Part shown: positions 63,255-64,000 of the stretch, in pieces
Layout of the letters: every line of letters begins with the position of its first letter
How positions within the stretch are numbered: position 1 is the stretch's first letter
Assembly: GCA_048013815.1 (NCBI GenBank)
Contig: CM106586.1
Span: 3,472,001-3,536,000, forward strand
Direction of reading: 5' to 3'
Length of the DNA: 64,000 nucleotides
DNA from: Setoptus koraiensis
Taxonomy: Eukaryota; Animalia; Arthropoda
Translations under genes and position numbers: made by a program
The notes under the pieces: model-generated
Seen by the model: only the letters and a program-made list of their open reading frames with translations
Told to the model about the DNA's origin: nothing
Databases searched by the model: none

Positions 63255-63400
63255 AATTCTATCACTCTATCATTGCATCATTCTATCATTCCATCATTGC
63301 GTCATTGCATCATTGCATCATTGCATCACTGCATCATTGCACCAGTGCACCAGTGCATCAGTGCATCAGTGCACCAGTGCATCAGTGCATCAGTGCATCG
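63255..63400. repeat. 8-bp minisatellite whose unit drifts along the array (ATCATTCT > ATCATTGC > ATCAGTGC/ACCAGTGC)
   Basis: Read directly. Confidence 0.9.
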
Positions 63401-63650
63401 CTCGATCATGACGCTGGCAACATGGCAGCCGAATTGAATTGAATTCAATTGAGCTCGCTGCCAACAATCTGCGCGCAATCTCTGGCAAGCTCTGGCAATC
63501 TCTGGCAAGCGCGATGCTGGCAATTGTGTAGCCGCTCTCTCTCTCTCTCTCGCTCGTCGTTGTCGCTCTCTTGTCGCCTTTGTTGCTACCTGTACACGAA
63601 GAGAAAGAGCGACAGGTAGGCTGTTTGGCAGCCTCAGAGCCTTCAGAGAT

Positions 63651-63722
63651 TCGAGAGACTCGAGAGACTTGAGAGACTCGAGAGACTCGAGAGACTCGAG
63701 AGACTCGAGAGACTTGAGAGAC
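63651..63722. repeat. 9-bp tandem repeat (TYGAGAGAC)x8
   Basis: Read directly. Confidence 0.95.
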
Positions 63723-64000
63723 TGGCAGCCCGTCAGGGGCGGCGTCGCGGGGGCAGCCAACAGAACGAAACAAACTCTTGTTTCGCCTCATTCCATTTGT
63801 TGCCACTTTTGAATTGATGCAACAATCGCAGCGCTTGCAACTGCCGCATGCGAGTGCCCGAGCTTGCCATTTCTAATCGAAGCGGCGCTCGAAACGTTCG
63901 AAACGAGTGAGAGAATCTTGTTTTTCTCGCTGCATCTCTCCGCGGCCGCCAACTAGGCTCCACATTGGCATCACATGCGCATCACTCGCTTCGAGCTTCG

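Overview
Eukaryotic genomic DNA, most likely an arthropod. The long exons, short introns and N/Q/S-rich proteins suggest a compact acariform mite-type genome, but this is inference. The window has two sequence compartments. (1) AT-richer gene islands: a first coding exon of a sushi/CCP cell-surface protein (26314-26659, -), an intronless Rabex-5/RABGEF1 (28296-30530, +), a divergent SUEL-lectin-like protein (31424-32236, +), an 84-aa ORF matching the TOX4 C-terminal Cys/Trp module (32244-32498, -), a complete 5-exon ABCA transporter (44125-51017, +, 2023 aa) and a low-complexity first exon of an unidentified protein (54025-54695, +). (2) CpG-rich non-coding tracts (about 1-25.4 kb, 33.3-43 kb and 55-64 kb) full of micro/minisatellites and palindromic motifs. 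Nearly all tracked ORFs in these tracts look spurious. The main observations not explained by the ORF track are: a frameshifted PRP16/DHX38 helicase relic inside the sushi gene's intron; a two-copy block-conserved ~210-bp element with a TATA-like box, a conserved downstream 36-mer and T-runs; strong enrichment of ACAGGTGAG and RTTACGTAAY motifs; a triple TGACAGGTGTCA array; and a pre-miRNA-like hairpin. I found no CRISPR array, tRNA, rRNA or intact transposon. All protein identifications come from remembered family motifs, not database searches.
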